From positions 62,001 through 126,000 of the forward strand of contig NIVC01002077.1 in the NCBI GenBank assembly GCA_002269645.1: a DNA stretch of 64,000 bases, in the 5' to 3' direction. Shown here one piece after another: positions 51,086 through 63,673 of this stretch. Source of the stretch: Macrostomum lignano. Taxonomy: Eukaryota. The notes beneath the pieces are model-generated. The model saw nothing but the letters and a program-made list of their open reading frames with translations, did no database searches and was not told where the DNA came from. Positions within the stretch are counted from its first letter, which is position 1, and each line of letters starts with the position of its first letter. The translations under genes and the position numbers were made by a program.

Positions 51086-51506
51086 TAGTTTTAGTAGTCG
51101 CCGTGGAATTGCCGCCGCCGCCGCCACTGGAAGCTCGGCTTCTTCGAGTTTGAGGCGGATGATGACAAGTGGGCGGATGCTGCTGCTGCACCTGGGAGTG
51201 ATGAAGCGGCACCTGCTGTTGCTGCAGATGCTGGGACACCGCCGGCTCGGCAAACAGCGACCGCTCGAATCGCCGCATGTCGCCGACTTCGTGAATCGAC
51301 TCGACCAGGTCGTCGCAGAATCGCGACCTGTCGTGAAAATTCCTGGCGGCGAATACCATGTCGTGGTGGCAGCCGCCGCCGGAGTCCAGGTCGCAGCCGT
51401 CCGGATCCGCCACGATGTGGATCGGGTAGCTCAGCTGCAGCCGGTCCGGCACGCTGAACGACACCTGCACGAGTTCAAAGGGGGAGGTCGTGGGTTCGAA
51501 TCTGAG
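51081..51506 (-). CDS. IQSEC: IQSEC exon 5 (end of PH domain, C-terminal tail)
   Basis: Acceptor aactttcag|CTC; [23 protein letters not shown]; stop TGA at 51083-51081. Confidence 0.85.
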   Translation of the reverse strand, partial: LRFEPTTSPFELVQVSFSVPDRLQLSYPIHIVADPDGCDLDSGGGCHHDMVFAARNFHDRSRFCDDLVESIHEVGDMRRFERSLFAEPAVSQHLQQQQVPLHHSQVQQQHPPTCHHPPQTRRSRASSGGGGGNSTATTKTN

Positions 51507-54500
51507 CTGAAAGTTATCCAACTTAGGGAGCATTAGGGATAGGAGCTTCTTATATATTATCGAAAATACCGAATCCCAAACCCCAAATACCCAATAATCC
51601 CAAATACACTACAGCCCCAATAATCCCAAATACACTACAGCCACGATTATCCCAAATACACTACAGCCCCAATAATCCCAAAACACCACAACCTCGATTA
51701 TCCCAAATACACCACAACCTCGATTATCCCAAATACACTACAGCCCCAATTATCCCAAATACACCACATCCCCAATAATCCCAAATACACTACAGCCCCA
51801 ATTATCCCAAATACACCACATCCCCAATAATCCCAAATACACTACAGCCCCAATAATCCCAAATACACCACATCCCCAATAATCCCAAATACACTACAGC
51901 CACGATTATCCCAAATACACTACAGCCCCAATAATCCCAAATACACTACAGCCCCGATTATCCCAAATACACTACAGCCCCGATTATCCCAAATACACTA
52001 CAGCCCCAATAATCCCAAATACACCGCAGCCCCAATAATCCCAAATACACCACAGCCCCAATTATCCCAAATACACCACATTCCCAATTATCCCAAATAC
52101 ACCACATTCCCAATTATCCCAAATACACCACATTCCCAATTATCCCAAACACACTACAGCCCCAATTATCCCAAACACACTACAGCCCCAATTATCCCAA
52201 ACACACTACAGCCCCAATAATCCCAAATACACCGCAGCCCCAATTATCCCAAATACACCACATTCCCAATTATCCCAAACACACTACAGCCCCAATTATC
52301 CCAAACACACTACAGCCCCAATTATCCCAAACACACTACAGCCCCAATAATCCCAAACACACTACAGCCCCAATAATCCCAAATACACCGCAGCCCCAAT
52401 TATCCCAAATACACCACATTCCCAATTATCCCAAATACACCACAGCCCCAATAATCCCAAACAACCGCAGCCCCAACAAGCCGCACAACTTGCCTGCATC
52501 CTGTGCAGCCCCAGCGAGCCCCTGTACTGATAGAACACCCGCCGCTTCCGCTCCAGACACTTGGTGACGATCAGCATATCGTTGAACAGGAACACCGCCC
52601 GTTCCGATTGGCGCGGCTTAGTCTGGCCTTTCCAGTCCTTCACCAGCGACAGCTTGCAGAAGCAGACAAGCCGCCTGTGCGGCTCCGCCAGCGGCGGGTG
52701 CCGGCCATACAGCTGCGCCTCCATCTTCAGCACCTGCGGGTGGAGAATCAGCGGATTAGAGCCTCTTGGTATAAATCTTCAGCCCAGCTTCACATATGTA
52801 CCCATGACGAAATCCCAGCCATTCCAGTATCCAACACGCTCTTCCCCATCATCCCATTTCCCCACACCCTCTTCCCCATCATCCCAGTTTGCCACACCCT
52901 CTTCCCCATCATCCCAGTTTGCCACACCCTCTTCCCCACCATCCCAGTTCCCCACACCCTCTTCCCCATCATCCCAGTTTGCCACACCCTCTTCCCCATC
53001 ATCCCATTTCCCCACACCCTCTTCCCCATCATCCCAGTTTGCCACACCCTCTTCCCCATCATCCCAGTTTGCCACACCCTCTTCCCCACCATCCCAGTTC
53101 CCCACACCCTCTTCCCCATCATCCCAGTTTCCCACACCCTCTTCCCCATCATCCCAGTTTGCCACACCCTCTTCCCCACCATCCCAGTTCCCCACACCCT
53201 CTTCCCCATCATCCCAGTTTGCCACACCCTCTTCCCCACCATCCCAGTTCCCCACACCCTCTTCCCCATCATCCCAGTTTGCCACACCCTCTTCCCCATC
53301 ATCCCAGTTTGCCACACCCTCTTCCCCATCATCCCAGTTCCCCACACCCTCTTCCCCATCATCCCAGTTTCCCACACCCTCTTCCCCATCATCCCAGTTT
53401 CCCACACCCTCTTCCCAATCATCCCAGTTCCCCACACCCTCTTCCCTATCATCCCAGTTCCCCACACCCTCTTCCCCATCATCCCAGTTTGCCACACCCT
53501 CTTCCCCATCATCCCAGTTTCCCACACCCTCTTCCCCATCATCCCAGTTCCCCACACCCTCTTCCCCATCATCCCAATTTCCCACACCCTCTTCTCCATC
53601 ATCCCAGTTTGCCACACCCTCTTCCCCATCATCCCAGTTCCCCACACCCTCTTCCCCATCATCCCAGTTTCCCACACCCTCTTCATCCCGGACCCCAGGC
53701 GTTGGCAAAAATTCGCACCTGAGTCACGTGGTCGCTGCCCGCTCGGAGCGGCTCGGCCCGGATTCGCTCGTACAGATCCGCCAGCATCTGCGTGTCGGCC
53801 AGGTCAGAGCCGGAGTCGCAGCCGCGCAAATTGTGCACAAACTCGCGCAGAGAAATCTTCTTCTTATTGTTCATATTGTGCAGATCAGTGTTCAGCATCA
53901 TCACGGCGAACACTAACAGGTGGATGACGTCGCTGTCTTGGAATTTTTCCGCTATCCAACTGGCGTTGCAGGTGATGAAGCGATTGGCGAATTTCTCCAG
54001 GATGCGGCTGACCACCTGGGCCTCGCCCTGGGTGGCGGATGGGGGCTAACCGTGTTACCCGCGTGTATTATATATGTACATTGGGCTGTGTACATTGGAG
54101 ATGGGGTGGATTGATAAGGGCTGCGTACATTGGGGATGGCGTGGATTGATAAGGGCTGCGTACATTGGGGATGGGGTGGATTGATAAGGACTGGGTACAT
54201 TGGGGATGGGATGGATTGATAAGGGCTGCGTACATTGGGGATGGGGTGGATTGATAAGGGCTGCGTACATTGGGGATGGCGTGGATTGATAAGGGCTGCG
54301 TACATTGGGGATGGCCTGGATTGATAAGGGCTGCGCACGTTGGGGATGGGGTGGATTGATAAGGGCTGCGTACATTGGGGATGGCGTGGATTGATAAGGG
54401 CTGCGCACATTGGGGATGGGGTGGATTGATAAGGGCTGCGTACATTGGGGATGGCGTGGATTGATAAGGGCTGCGTACATTGGGGATGGCGTGGATTGAT

Positions 54501-57500
54501 ATGGGCTGCGTACATTGGGGATGGCGTGGATTGATAAGGGCTGCGTACATTGGGGATGGGGTGGATTGATAAGGGCTGTGTACATTGGGGATGGGGTGGA
54601 TTGATAAGGGCTGTGTACATTGGGGATGGGGTGGATTGATAAGGGCTGCGCACATTGGGGATGGGGTGGATTGATAAGGGCTGTGTACATTGGGGATGGG
54701 GTGGATTGATAAGGGCTGCGCACATTGGGGATGGGGTGGATTGATAAGGGCTGTGTACATTGGGGATGGGATGGATTGATAAGGACTCTGGTAAATAAAC
54801 CAGATAACACCACAAGATAATTTGCGAATCTTGTCAGATTCACTACCGATTTCCTTGTTTGAGGTGCGAAACTGGTGAAACCACCAGATTCGTCACCAGG
54901 TAATTTTTTGTTTTCTTGTTTGACTGTTATCTGGTGAGTTATCTGAATTTCACCAGATAACATGGCCCGAATCTTGCTTAGAAATCAGATTACATGACAA
55001 GATTCGCCACCAGATAATTTTTTGTTTTCTTGGTTGATTGAATCTTGTTTGAATTGGAATTTCACAGGATAACATGGTGCGAATCTTGTTTGAAAATCAG
55101 ATAACAGTACAAGATTCGCCACCAGGTAATTTTTTGTTTTCTTGTTTGATTGAATCTTGTTTGAATTGGAATTTCACAGGATAACATGGTGCGAATCTTG
55201 TTTGAAAGACAGATAACAGTACAAGATTTAAATCAGGATAACTGTGCGTTATCTAGTCTGTAAGAAACCTGTGTGAATCTGAAATTTACCGGATAACAGG
55301 ATGCGAATCTGGTTTGCAAACCAGATAATGGAAAAAGATTTCAATCAAGATGCCTTTGTGTTATCCGGTCTGTAAGAACCCGTTGTACTTTTCACCCATA
55401 TTTTTTTTCAGAATTTTGTGATCCAGGCCTGATTTATTAATTGATTTCCAAATGAAGGCCCGGATCAGCATTTTTAGCCCGGAATAGCCCCTTTTTCCGG
55501 AAATGTGATCCTGCAAAAGTTCGGTAAAAAGGAAAGCTGTTCCGGCTGCATTTTCCAAAATTTTTCACCTTGAACACTGCTAAATTCTAATTGTAGACCC
55601 AAATTTCAGGTTTTCCAAATGAAAATGTTCTGGATGAGATTTCAGGAGTTCAGTCGGAATTCCTCAGTGATCTAGACCAAGTGATTCGGCAAATCCACAG
55701 GGATCAGCTCCCATTGACTCGAATCTCGATGAAGTTATGGATAAGACTGGACTTCGCGTCTGTTGTGGCTCAAGGCAGCTCATAAGCTGACCTGCGATGG
55801 ATAATCAATCCTCGCTTCTGTTGTGGCTCAAGGCAGCTCATAAGCTGACCTGCGATGGATAATCAATCCTCGCTTCTGTTGGGACTCAAGGCAGCTCATA
55901 AGCTGACCTGCGATGGATAATCAATCCTCGCTTCTGTTGTGGCTCAAGGCAGCTGATATGCTGACCTGCGATGGATAATCAATCCTCGCTTCTGTTGGGA
56001 CTCAAGGCAGCTCATAAGCTGACCTGCGATGGATAATCAATCCTCGCTTCTGTTGGGACTCAAGGCAGCTCATAAGCTGACCTGCGATGGATAATCAATC
56101 CTCGCTTCTGTTGTGGCTCAAGGCAGCTGCTAAGAGTAGTCACTTTTATTTGACTACGCGGGTCAATCTTTAATCCGAGGGGTAATAAAGCCTCGAAATT
56201 GCAAGGTGAATTGATCTGCTTTTCGGAGGCACTGTAGCGTCCGTAATGTGAGGCTGTGCCCATCCTCCGTACAGGTGACAATTGAAAAATTGTTGCGCCC
56301 TGATTGTGTGCAAGAGGTTTGACTACCACTGGCATGTAGCCTATCACAGCTGCTTAGTGTGTCAACGGGCTGAATGATTCTATCGTCATATTTGACGCTT
56401 AGAAGCATGAGTCAGCCAACCATATTGTTTGGCACAGCTGGGTGTCTAGACGGAGACTGTGGCATAGTTCCAAATAGCTCTAACTGGCCCAGTATGCAAA
56501 GCAGCTTTCCTATTAAGATAGACGCTAATCCGATTTTTTCGGTGCATGCTCCATTGGTTTGTCTAAGGCGTTTGCAGTTGCACCAGCCGAGAGCAGATCA
56601 AGTCAAGAGAGTAGTCGTTACAGACCATGTCGGTAATCTTGTCGAGATTTAATAAACCCTCGAACAAGTCAAGGGAGTAGTCGTTACAGACCATGAGTGT
56701 CGGCAATCTTGTCAGCCACTTTTTCTGGAGGGTGTCACTGCTTTGAACGACGCAGTTGATGACGCCGTTGGACGATCGTCCATCGCACTAGCGACATCTG
56801 CAACGCCAAGTCGGTTGGATATTACCGTTGGCGCACGGGATTGCGAAAACAATCAGGTAAGAGTTTCCAGCGTAGTCGGCATTTCGTGGACGCAACGAAG
56901 CCAGCGCCGCGCGAGCCGGCGCATCAGATGATACACCATTCACTTTGTCTCCGGTCTACGAGCAGCCGATCAACGAAAGCCAGTTGATTCCGGACGACTA
57001 TGCTACGAATGACAATTCTATCGACGCAGCTGACATTACTAGTGAACAGTCGTACAATCTGGTTATGATTGTCGGCGAACTGTCGCTGTCTGTTAGAGCT
57101 GGGCGATCGAGTGTGTATGTACATTGCTGTTTCTTTATAACTGTGTATATTTTGGAGAAACTGCCTTCCATCGCCATTTAATTTAACTTTAATATTGCAG
57201 AGTCGTTCCATTGCGCCGGCATATAATGCAAGCCCCCGTCAGTGGTCTCATTAATCGCCTTCCGTGCGCGCGACCCGATCTTTCAAACGTCTGGCTCACG
57301 CGTCGACTGCCATCAGAGTCGCGTCCGAGTACAGCAGGTCCGACCTGCGACTCAGCACCAGCTCGCAGCAGATCACCAATTCAGTAGTATCAATTAGTAG
57401 CCACAGTATAAGTAGGTCTACTTATAACTGGACTGTCGAAACTCATACGTATGCCACGCTGTTCTCCAGAAGTTTTCGTTCCTGTTGAGCTTGTTCCTGT

Positions 57501-60500
57501 TCCTTGTTTAGTTTGTATAAGGCGCTTACAAAGTACAACCCGCTGTTAAATATAGAGATGCTACTCATAAAATCTTGAATCACCAACTTCTTATACGCAT
57601 CTTTACTGCGAAATTTGATGTCAATGCCTTCCGGCTTCTTTCGCATGGATTACCCGACTGTTGCCTGCTCAGCGAATCCTGTTTGCCAGACAGGATAACA
57701 AACAAGATAACAAACAGGATAACACGATGTTTCCCTGCAGGATTCGCATGAATTACCCGACTGTTACCTGGTCAGCGAATCCTTTTTGCCAGACAGGATA
57801 ACAAACAAGATAACAAACAGGATAACACGATGTTTCCCTGCAGGATTCGCACGAATTACCCGGCTGTTATCTGGTCAGCAAATCCTTTTTGAATCTTGTT
57901 TGAAACAAGGAAACGTAAGATTTCGTCACGCAAACAAGATTCATACAAGATAACATTTTGCATAACCGGAATAGGGCATGTTATCTTGTTTGAGCGAATG
58001 TTATCTTGTGGTGTTATCTGGTTTATTTACCAGAGGGTTGATAAGGACTGCGCACATTGGAGATGGGTGGATTGATAAGGGCTGCGTACATTGGGGATGG
58101 AGAGGATTTTGAGGTGTGCATATCGAAGACCACGCTCAACAGCGTTTATTGCCAAGCAGGTAAAAAATCGGCATATAACTCCTCATAACGGAAGGGATCA
58201 GCGAACAGAAGCATCAGTGCAATGATATTATACGATGTTTTATGATGTGATGAAGCAAAAAGACAATGAAACGCAAGCGCGCGCGTCTGTCTTCTATTCT
58301 CTTTAATGCAGGGAGAAAGAGAAAGAGAGAGAGAGAGAGAATACTCGGGACTGACGCAGTAGTAATATAAAATAATATATTGTAATATAAGGCAGCTTTA
58401 TGCAAGATAATAACGATTTCTCGGCTATCATTTAGAGTCCGAGAGAGATAGAGAGAGAGGGGAGTTGAGGAGTGTAAAGGACAGCTCAAACAGAATCTAA
58501 TCATTGGGCTGCAATCATTGCGCCAGATGAGGCTCCACATAGGCAGGAGACGAGAGTGAGAGAGGGAATGGGGTGGGGTAGACTTAAGCCCGCCTGCACT
58601 TCTGCTTCGCTTCGGCTAAGCAGCAGAACAGCATATATAAATTTCTTTAACAAGGTCAACCATATTCAATATGGAAGTTTGAGAACTTTTTTCTGATGAT
58701 TCTTGGAAATTGAGTAGGATAATTTTCCCTTAAATATATGATAAAAAGTACGCAGCCAGCGCAAGGGCTGGAGTAGAGCATTTGCTTACGGAGAAATGTT
58801 CTCTCTACTAGTAGATTACTATTTTGCTGTCCTGCCCCCCCCCCCCAGTCCCACTCAATTCCTCTCCCTGAAAAACAGCTCAAGCATCGAGCCGCGGCAG
58901 CAGCCAAGACCGCCTACCCCTCCCATAAAACTTCGCTAACCCACTTCAAAACGTGCTTAAGCCTGCGCGCATCGAGCAGCCCAAAATGAATGATTAATAT
59001 CTGCGTGTCCAGGAGGCGGCAGCAGAGCTGCTCATAGGCTCTTAGCAACAGAGCTTCATCAGTTGCGCTTACGGCTCTGCTAGGGCTTTATGGGCAAAAC
59101 TAACTCAACACCAACCCCCTCCCTGCACCCACCCGGTACACGCCAGCTGCGCACGATAATACTTCTGGCGAGCGCGGCTGCACCAGCGCTGAAATGGGAT
59201 GAACTACCTAGCCATGGCTGCGCTGTGCGGGAAGGGAGCGGCAGACAGGGGGAAGGGAAAGGAGCGGCAGACAGGGGGAAGGGAAAGGAGCGGCAGACAG
59301 GGGGAAGGGAATGGAGCGGCAGACAGGGGGAAGGGAGCGGCAGACAGCGGGAAGGGAGTGGCAGACAGGGGTAAGATAGCGGCAGACAGGGGTAAGGGAG
59401 CGGCAGACAGGGGTAAGATAGCGGCAGACAGGGGTAAGATAGCGGCAGACAGGGGTAAGATAGCGGCAGACAGGGGTAAGGGAGCGGCAGACAGGGGGAA
59501 GGGAGCGGCAGACAGGGGGAAGGGAGCGGCAGACAGGGGGAAGGGAGCGGCAGACAGCGGAAAGGGAGCGGCAGACAGGGGGAAGGGAGCGGCAGACAGG
59601 GGAAAGGGAGCGGCAGACAAGGGGAAGGGAGCGGCAGACAGCGGAAGGGAGCCTGAGGCCGATTAGTTAAAGGGAGTCAACAGACCAGTGGCATACCTTA
59701 ATCTCGATAAACTGTAGAAATTCCCTCAGCGCAATGTCCAAAGGCTTGCTGGCAAAGTCGAAGTCGTTTAAAAAATGGTCGCACACCCTGTTTACAAAGG
59801 CGGAGGCGTGGCACTGGCCGAGGTAATTGGAGATCACCTGCTTGCAGAGGCCTTTGCGGTGCAGCAGGAATCTGGCCACGGCTGAGGGGCTGTTCTGGAT
59901 GAAGTGGTGCCCAATCAGGAACTGGATGCCCTTGTCCGGTTTCCTGGAATTAGCGGGCATTGGGTGTGTTGCGCAACCGATTCAGAGCCATGGTGACAGG
60001 TACTAACTAAATATAACTATAAACTGTGCCAAGGCCCAGCAGCAACTTTACTTGGCCAAACGCATTTATCTGTACCTACTTCTCTATCCTCTCTCTACTC
60101 ACCTCTTCTACTATCTAGGCCTACTTCTCCATCCTATCCCTCTACTCCAGAATCGTATCACTCTACTTCTCCATCTTCCCCTCTACTTCTTCATCATACC
60201 TCTCTACTTCTCACCCCTACTCCCCTCTACTTTTGCATCCTACCCCTCTACTTCTCACCCCTACTCCCTCTACTTTTGCATCCTACCTCTCTACTTCTCA
60301 CCCCTACTCCCCTCTACTTTTGCATCCTACCCCTCTACTTCTCACCCCTACTCCCCTCTACTTTTGCATCCTACCCCTCTACTTCTCACCCCTACTCCCC
60401 TCTACTTTTGCATCCTACCCCTCTACTTCTCACCCCTACTCCCCTCTACTTTTCCATCCTACCCCTCTACTTCTCACCCCTACTCCCCTCTACTTTTCCA

Positions 60501-62100
60501 TCCTACCCCTCTACTTCTCACCCCTACTCCCCTCTACTTTTCTACAGTAACATATCTATATCCGTACACTTAACCCATCTAACTCTCTATACCTACCTAT
60601 ATACTTTTACTCTCCACTTTATAAACAGCCAATGCTCATTTTCAGCACTAAAATCTCATCTTGACAAGCTCTCTACAATGAATTTATGTAAAATAATATC
60701 CGCCATTAACAGCACAGCACAGCCTGGAATTAAATTGGACTGGGCCGCGTTTAAAACTGAACCTCAAGTTTCAGAAGAGGAAGTTCTATGTAAACTAACA
60801 GCAAGGCGCAAAGTCCAATTATAATTGGCAGCGGATACCAAGTGGCTGTGGGCAGTATTTAGTTAGCGGAGACACCTTTATAGGAACAATCTGGTAAACA
60901 CACATGGTGCAGATATTACTGAACTTCACCGCCCTCCCCTCTAGCTGGCATCGCTGTTTCAAAATCAGGGCCCCGATTTTCAACGAGTTTAAAAAAAAGC
61001 AGTTAAAAATCGCACCTATTAAAAAAGTTCAAACCGATCCGATAGGTTCTCTTTCGAACTCGATCGTTGTGACTGTAGTGAGAGGCGTAGGAGGCCGGCT
61101 GCTGCTGCTGCTGGTGCCGGGGACACGCGGCAACAGCTGGGGAGCTCCCGTTGCCAACGGCGCCCGAGACCATGGCTGGGACGGATGCCGATGGCGGCAT
61201 CTGAGCCTGCTGATGATGATGATGATGAAGATGACTATGAGCAGTCTGCGCTTTCTGAGTCTGCTGCTTTTGCGGCAAAGCAGAAGACAGGAAATCAGCA
61301 GACGGAGGAGTTCCAGTTGAAGATGCTCCGCCAGCGGCGGCAGCGGCAGCGGCTGAGCAGGAGTGGCAGCGCTTGACTAGCGGCGGGCGCTGCGGCTGCT
61401 GATGGTGAAACTGCTGCGAATGTGACGAAGGTCGCGACGGCGTCGACGAAGCGACGGTGGTGGACGCGGAGGCCGCAGCAGCTACCAGCTGCTCGCTGCT
61501 GTGCACCCCGCTGTCCTGGCCGGGCGAATCGCCGTCCGTTGCGTCGCCTCCGCTGATGCCGCCGCCTTCGCCTCCGGTGTTTCCATTGCCGCCGACTCCC
61601 AAAGGCTGCAGGCTGCGCTGCCAGGCCAGGAAGGCTTCGTCATTGCCAACAAGGATGTCGTCAAGGGAATTGTGCCGATGCTGATGCCTCGGATGATGCT
61701 GGTGGCGCTGCTGTTGTTGCTTCTTGGATTTGCTGCTGGAGTGTGTCTGCTGCTGCTGCTTCTGCTCAATGCTCAGAGCAGTGACGTCCACGGCGCTATC
61801 AGACATGTCTAGCGCGCTATTGGCGCCAATAGCGCCAAGATCCAGGCGCCTAGAGCAGCGCTTATCGGCGCGCATCTGATCGAAATCTTTGCGCAATTTG
61901 TATCCCCGATAATAGCGCTGGATCACTTTGACGGCGTGCTGCTCCCTGAATTGCTCATTGTCGTCGAACGCGTCGACGTCCTGATCTGCGGCTACCTCGG
62001 CGCCTGACGCGAAATCGCCGTCCTCGTCTTCTTCGCCGCCCTCCACCTCCTCGACCAGGCGCTCGTCCAGGCCGGAGTCCAAGCGGCTGGCCATCGTCAT
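51081..62100 (-). CDS. IQSEC: IQ motif and SEC7 domain Arf-GEF (IQSEC/BRAG/schizo family) (whole gene, 5 exons, 768 aa)
   Basis: complement join(62100..61016,59943..59697,54027..53719,52733..52494,51506..51081) = 2307 nt, in phase. IQ motif [17 protein letters not shown]; YRIGLNFFN|[11 protein letters not shown]; SEC7 GEAQ and MLNTDLH; GSDHVTQV; PH domain [11 protein letters not shown]...[11 protein letters not shown]; [10 protein letters not shown]. Upstream exons cannot be excluded. Confidence 0.92.
51580..52480. repeat. 26-bp minisatellite (CCCCAATAATCCCAAATACACTACAG)n filling IQSEC intron 4
   Basis: Period 26, about 34 copies. Confidence 0.96.
52494..52733 (-). CDS. IQSEC: IQSEC exon 4 (PH domain), GC donor
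   Basis: Acceptor cccgcag|GTG; ends CAG|GCAAGT (GC-AG intron). Confidence 0.9.
52810..53690. repeat. 30-bp minisatellite (CACACCCTCTTCCCCATCATCCCAGTTTGC)n filling IQSEC intron 3
   Basis: Period 30, about 29 copies. Confidence 0.97.
53719..54027 (-). CDS. IQSEC: IQSEC exon 3 (SEC7 catalytic half)
   Basis: Acceptor cacccag|GGC GAG GCC CAG; donor CAG|GTGCGA. Confidence 0.93.
54075..54785. repeat. 35-bp minisatellite (GGATTGATAAGGGCTGCGTACATTGGGGATGGCGT)n, with remnant at 58036-58100
   Basis: Period 35, about 20 copies; continues on the far side of the TIR element. Confidence 0.96.
54786..58035. mobile_element. non-autonomous DNA transposon, 35-bp perfect TIRs, ~3.25 kb, superfamily unclear
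   Basis: CTCTGGTAAATAAACCAGATAACACCACAAGATAA (54786-54820) is the exact reverse complement of 58001-58035. TTGATAAGGA flanks both sides; subterminal GATAAC/GAATCTTG repeats; no transposase recognised. Confidence 0.88.
55758..56128. repeat. 58-bp minisatellite inside the TIR element
   Basis: ctgttgtggctcaaggcagctcataagctgacctgcgatggataatcaatcctcgctt, about 6 copies. Confidence 0.94.
59225..59650. repeat. 21-bp G-rich minisatellite (GGGAGCGGCAGACAGGGGGAA)n
   Basis: About 19 copies, starting about 45 nt into IQSEC intron 2. Confidence 0.94.
59697..59943 (-). CDS. IQSEC: IQSEC exon 2 (SEC7 N-terminal half)
   Basis: Acceptor aattccag|G AAA CCG; donor AAG|GTATGC. Confidence 0.92.
60060..60545. 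repeat. pyrimidine-rich ~44-bp minisatellite in IQSEC intron 1
   Basis: ctctacttctcacccctactcccctctacttttgcatcctaccc, 7-8 good copies plus a degenerate left edge. Confidence 0.92.
61016..62100 (-). CDS. IQSEC: IQSEC exon 1 (acidic N-terminus, IQ motif, Q/H/S low-complexity linker)
   Basis: ORF 61003-62100; donor AAT AG|GTGCGA. Confidence 0.85.
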
Positions 62101-63673
62101 CCGATGATTTGAAGGGCCTACTCTAGATCTGCGCTGATAGGTGGCTGCACTGGAACTGAGACTCTCTGGCGCTCTCCCAATCTTGCAATCCCACTTGGCG
62201 AACTACTGCTGACAGGAGGAAGCCATAAAGCAATGCAAGCAATAAGCAATAAGCAATAAGCAATAAGCAACAAATTAATAATGTAATGAGTACAAAATAC
62301 ATTCAAGTAATCACTAATTCTATAAATTTTTAATTAAAAGACCTGTTCCCGATTCTTGTGTTTTTTAGGGTCGATATTTGAGTCCTGTGGGAATCCAATT
62401 TTTCTCGGGATCCCGAGATTGGGATCCCATCTGACCTCTATCCACAAGCTATTATTTTTAGCAGTACAGTTGACATACAAGACATCACATTAAATTTGGT
62501 CTTATTTAATGGCAGTGGGAATGAGCGATTATAGTATTAAAGCAATTAATAGATATGGCACTAACTTATACCATAAACCAATTATTTGCCTTAATGTAAA
62601 GTTTCTTTGACCAAGGTCGACTTTATCTAACCATATTGCAATAAAGTCAGTCAGTCTTAATTAACTTTTGTTCTATGATATTCTCAATAGATTATTTGTT
62701 ATTGACATGATTAATGACTTTCTATACAAGCCTAGCTTGTCAATTCATTTCTAGTCAGGCTACTTGAGAGAAATTTTACAGAAGCATATAAATATATGTT
62801 GTCCTTACTTTCATTCACAATATATTCAATGCAATTGTCATATAAGTGGGATACCAAATAAAAGTAAGGGTGACTTTATTCTAAGAATTGCAAATGCAAT
62901 ATAAGTCTATCAACTTGTTCCATTGATCAACCATACCAATTCATTAATAGCAATATTATATATTTTTAAAGTGCAAGTTACATTACCTTATTAATGTTTT
63001 ACAAGAAAATTGCCAAAAAAGTTGTGTGCCATATGCACTAAAGATCTTAATTTTTGTCATGATTATGCACTAAGTGCATCAGGGACCTTAGAACAACTTT
63101 GGTGGCAGCATAAGGACTAGGCAGAGGCTAAGAATTAGGGCTTTTATAGGACAGAGCCAAGAGGCCTTGCACAAATATGCACTTTTGCAATGTGCACTAA
63201 GAAAAGACAATTATAAAAAAGTATTTTAAAGAATTTTTTTGCTGAAAATTAAAAAAAGAATAATTTTTTAGGGCGCAAAATTAAAAATTGTTTTTATCAT
63301 CCCTTGTTTTGTGAATCTGTATTGATAGTGTTGCATGCATGTAGCATATTTTACATAAAGTCACTTTATTTGATCCTAATATATATATAGATATGCCATA
63401 GATCTAAGCTGAAAATTCTCCATTGTCATATACACTGGGATATATGCTAATGTATACTGAAAAATGGCAAGTACCCTTGTTATATGCCAAGAAATCTTGG
63501 CATACATGTCACCTTCCAAACTATAGTCAATGAGATAAACAGCTATATGTAGTCAAGAAAGAAGGTAAAGAAATAGAAAAATTAACTAATGAGACTAGGC
63601 CTAAAGAGAGGGGCATAAAGAAGATTCAAATTCTTGCTATTTATTGATTTTTGTTAGATTCCTAATCATACAT

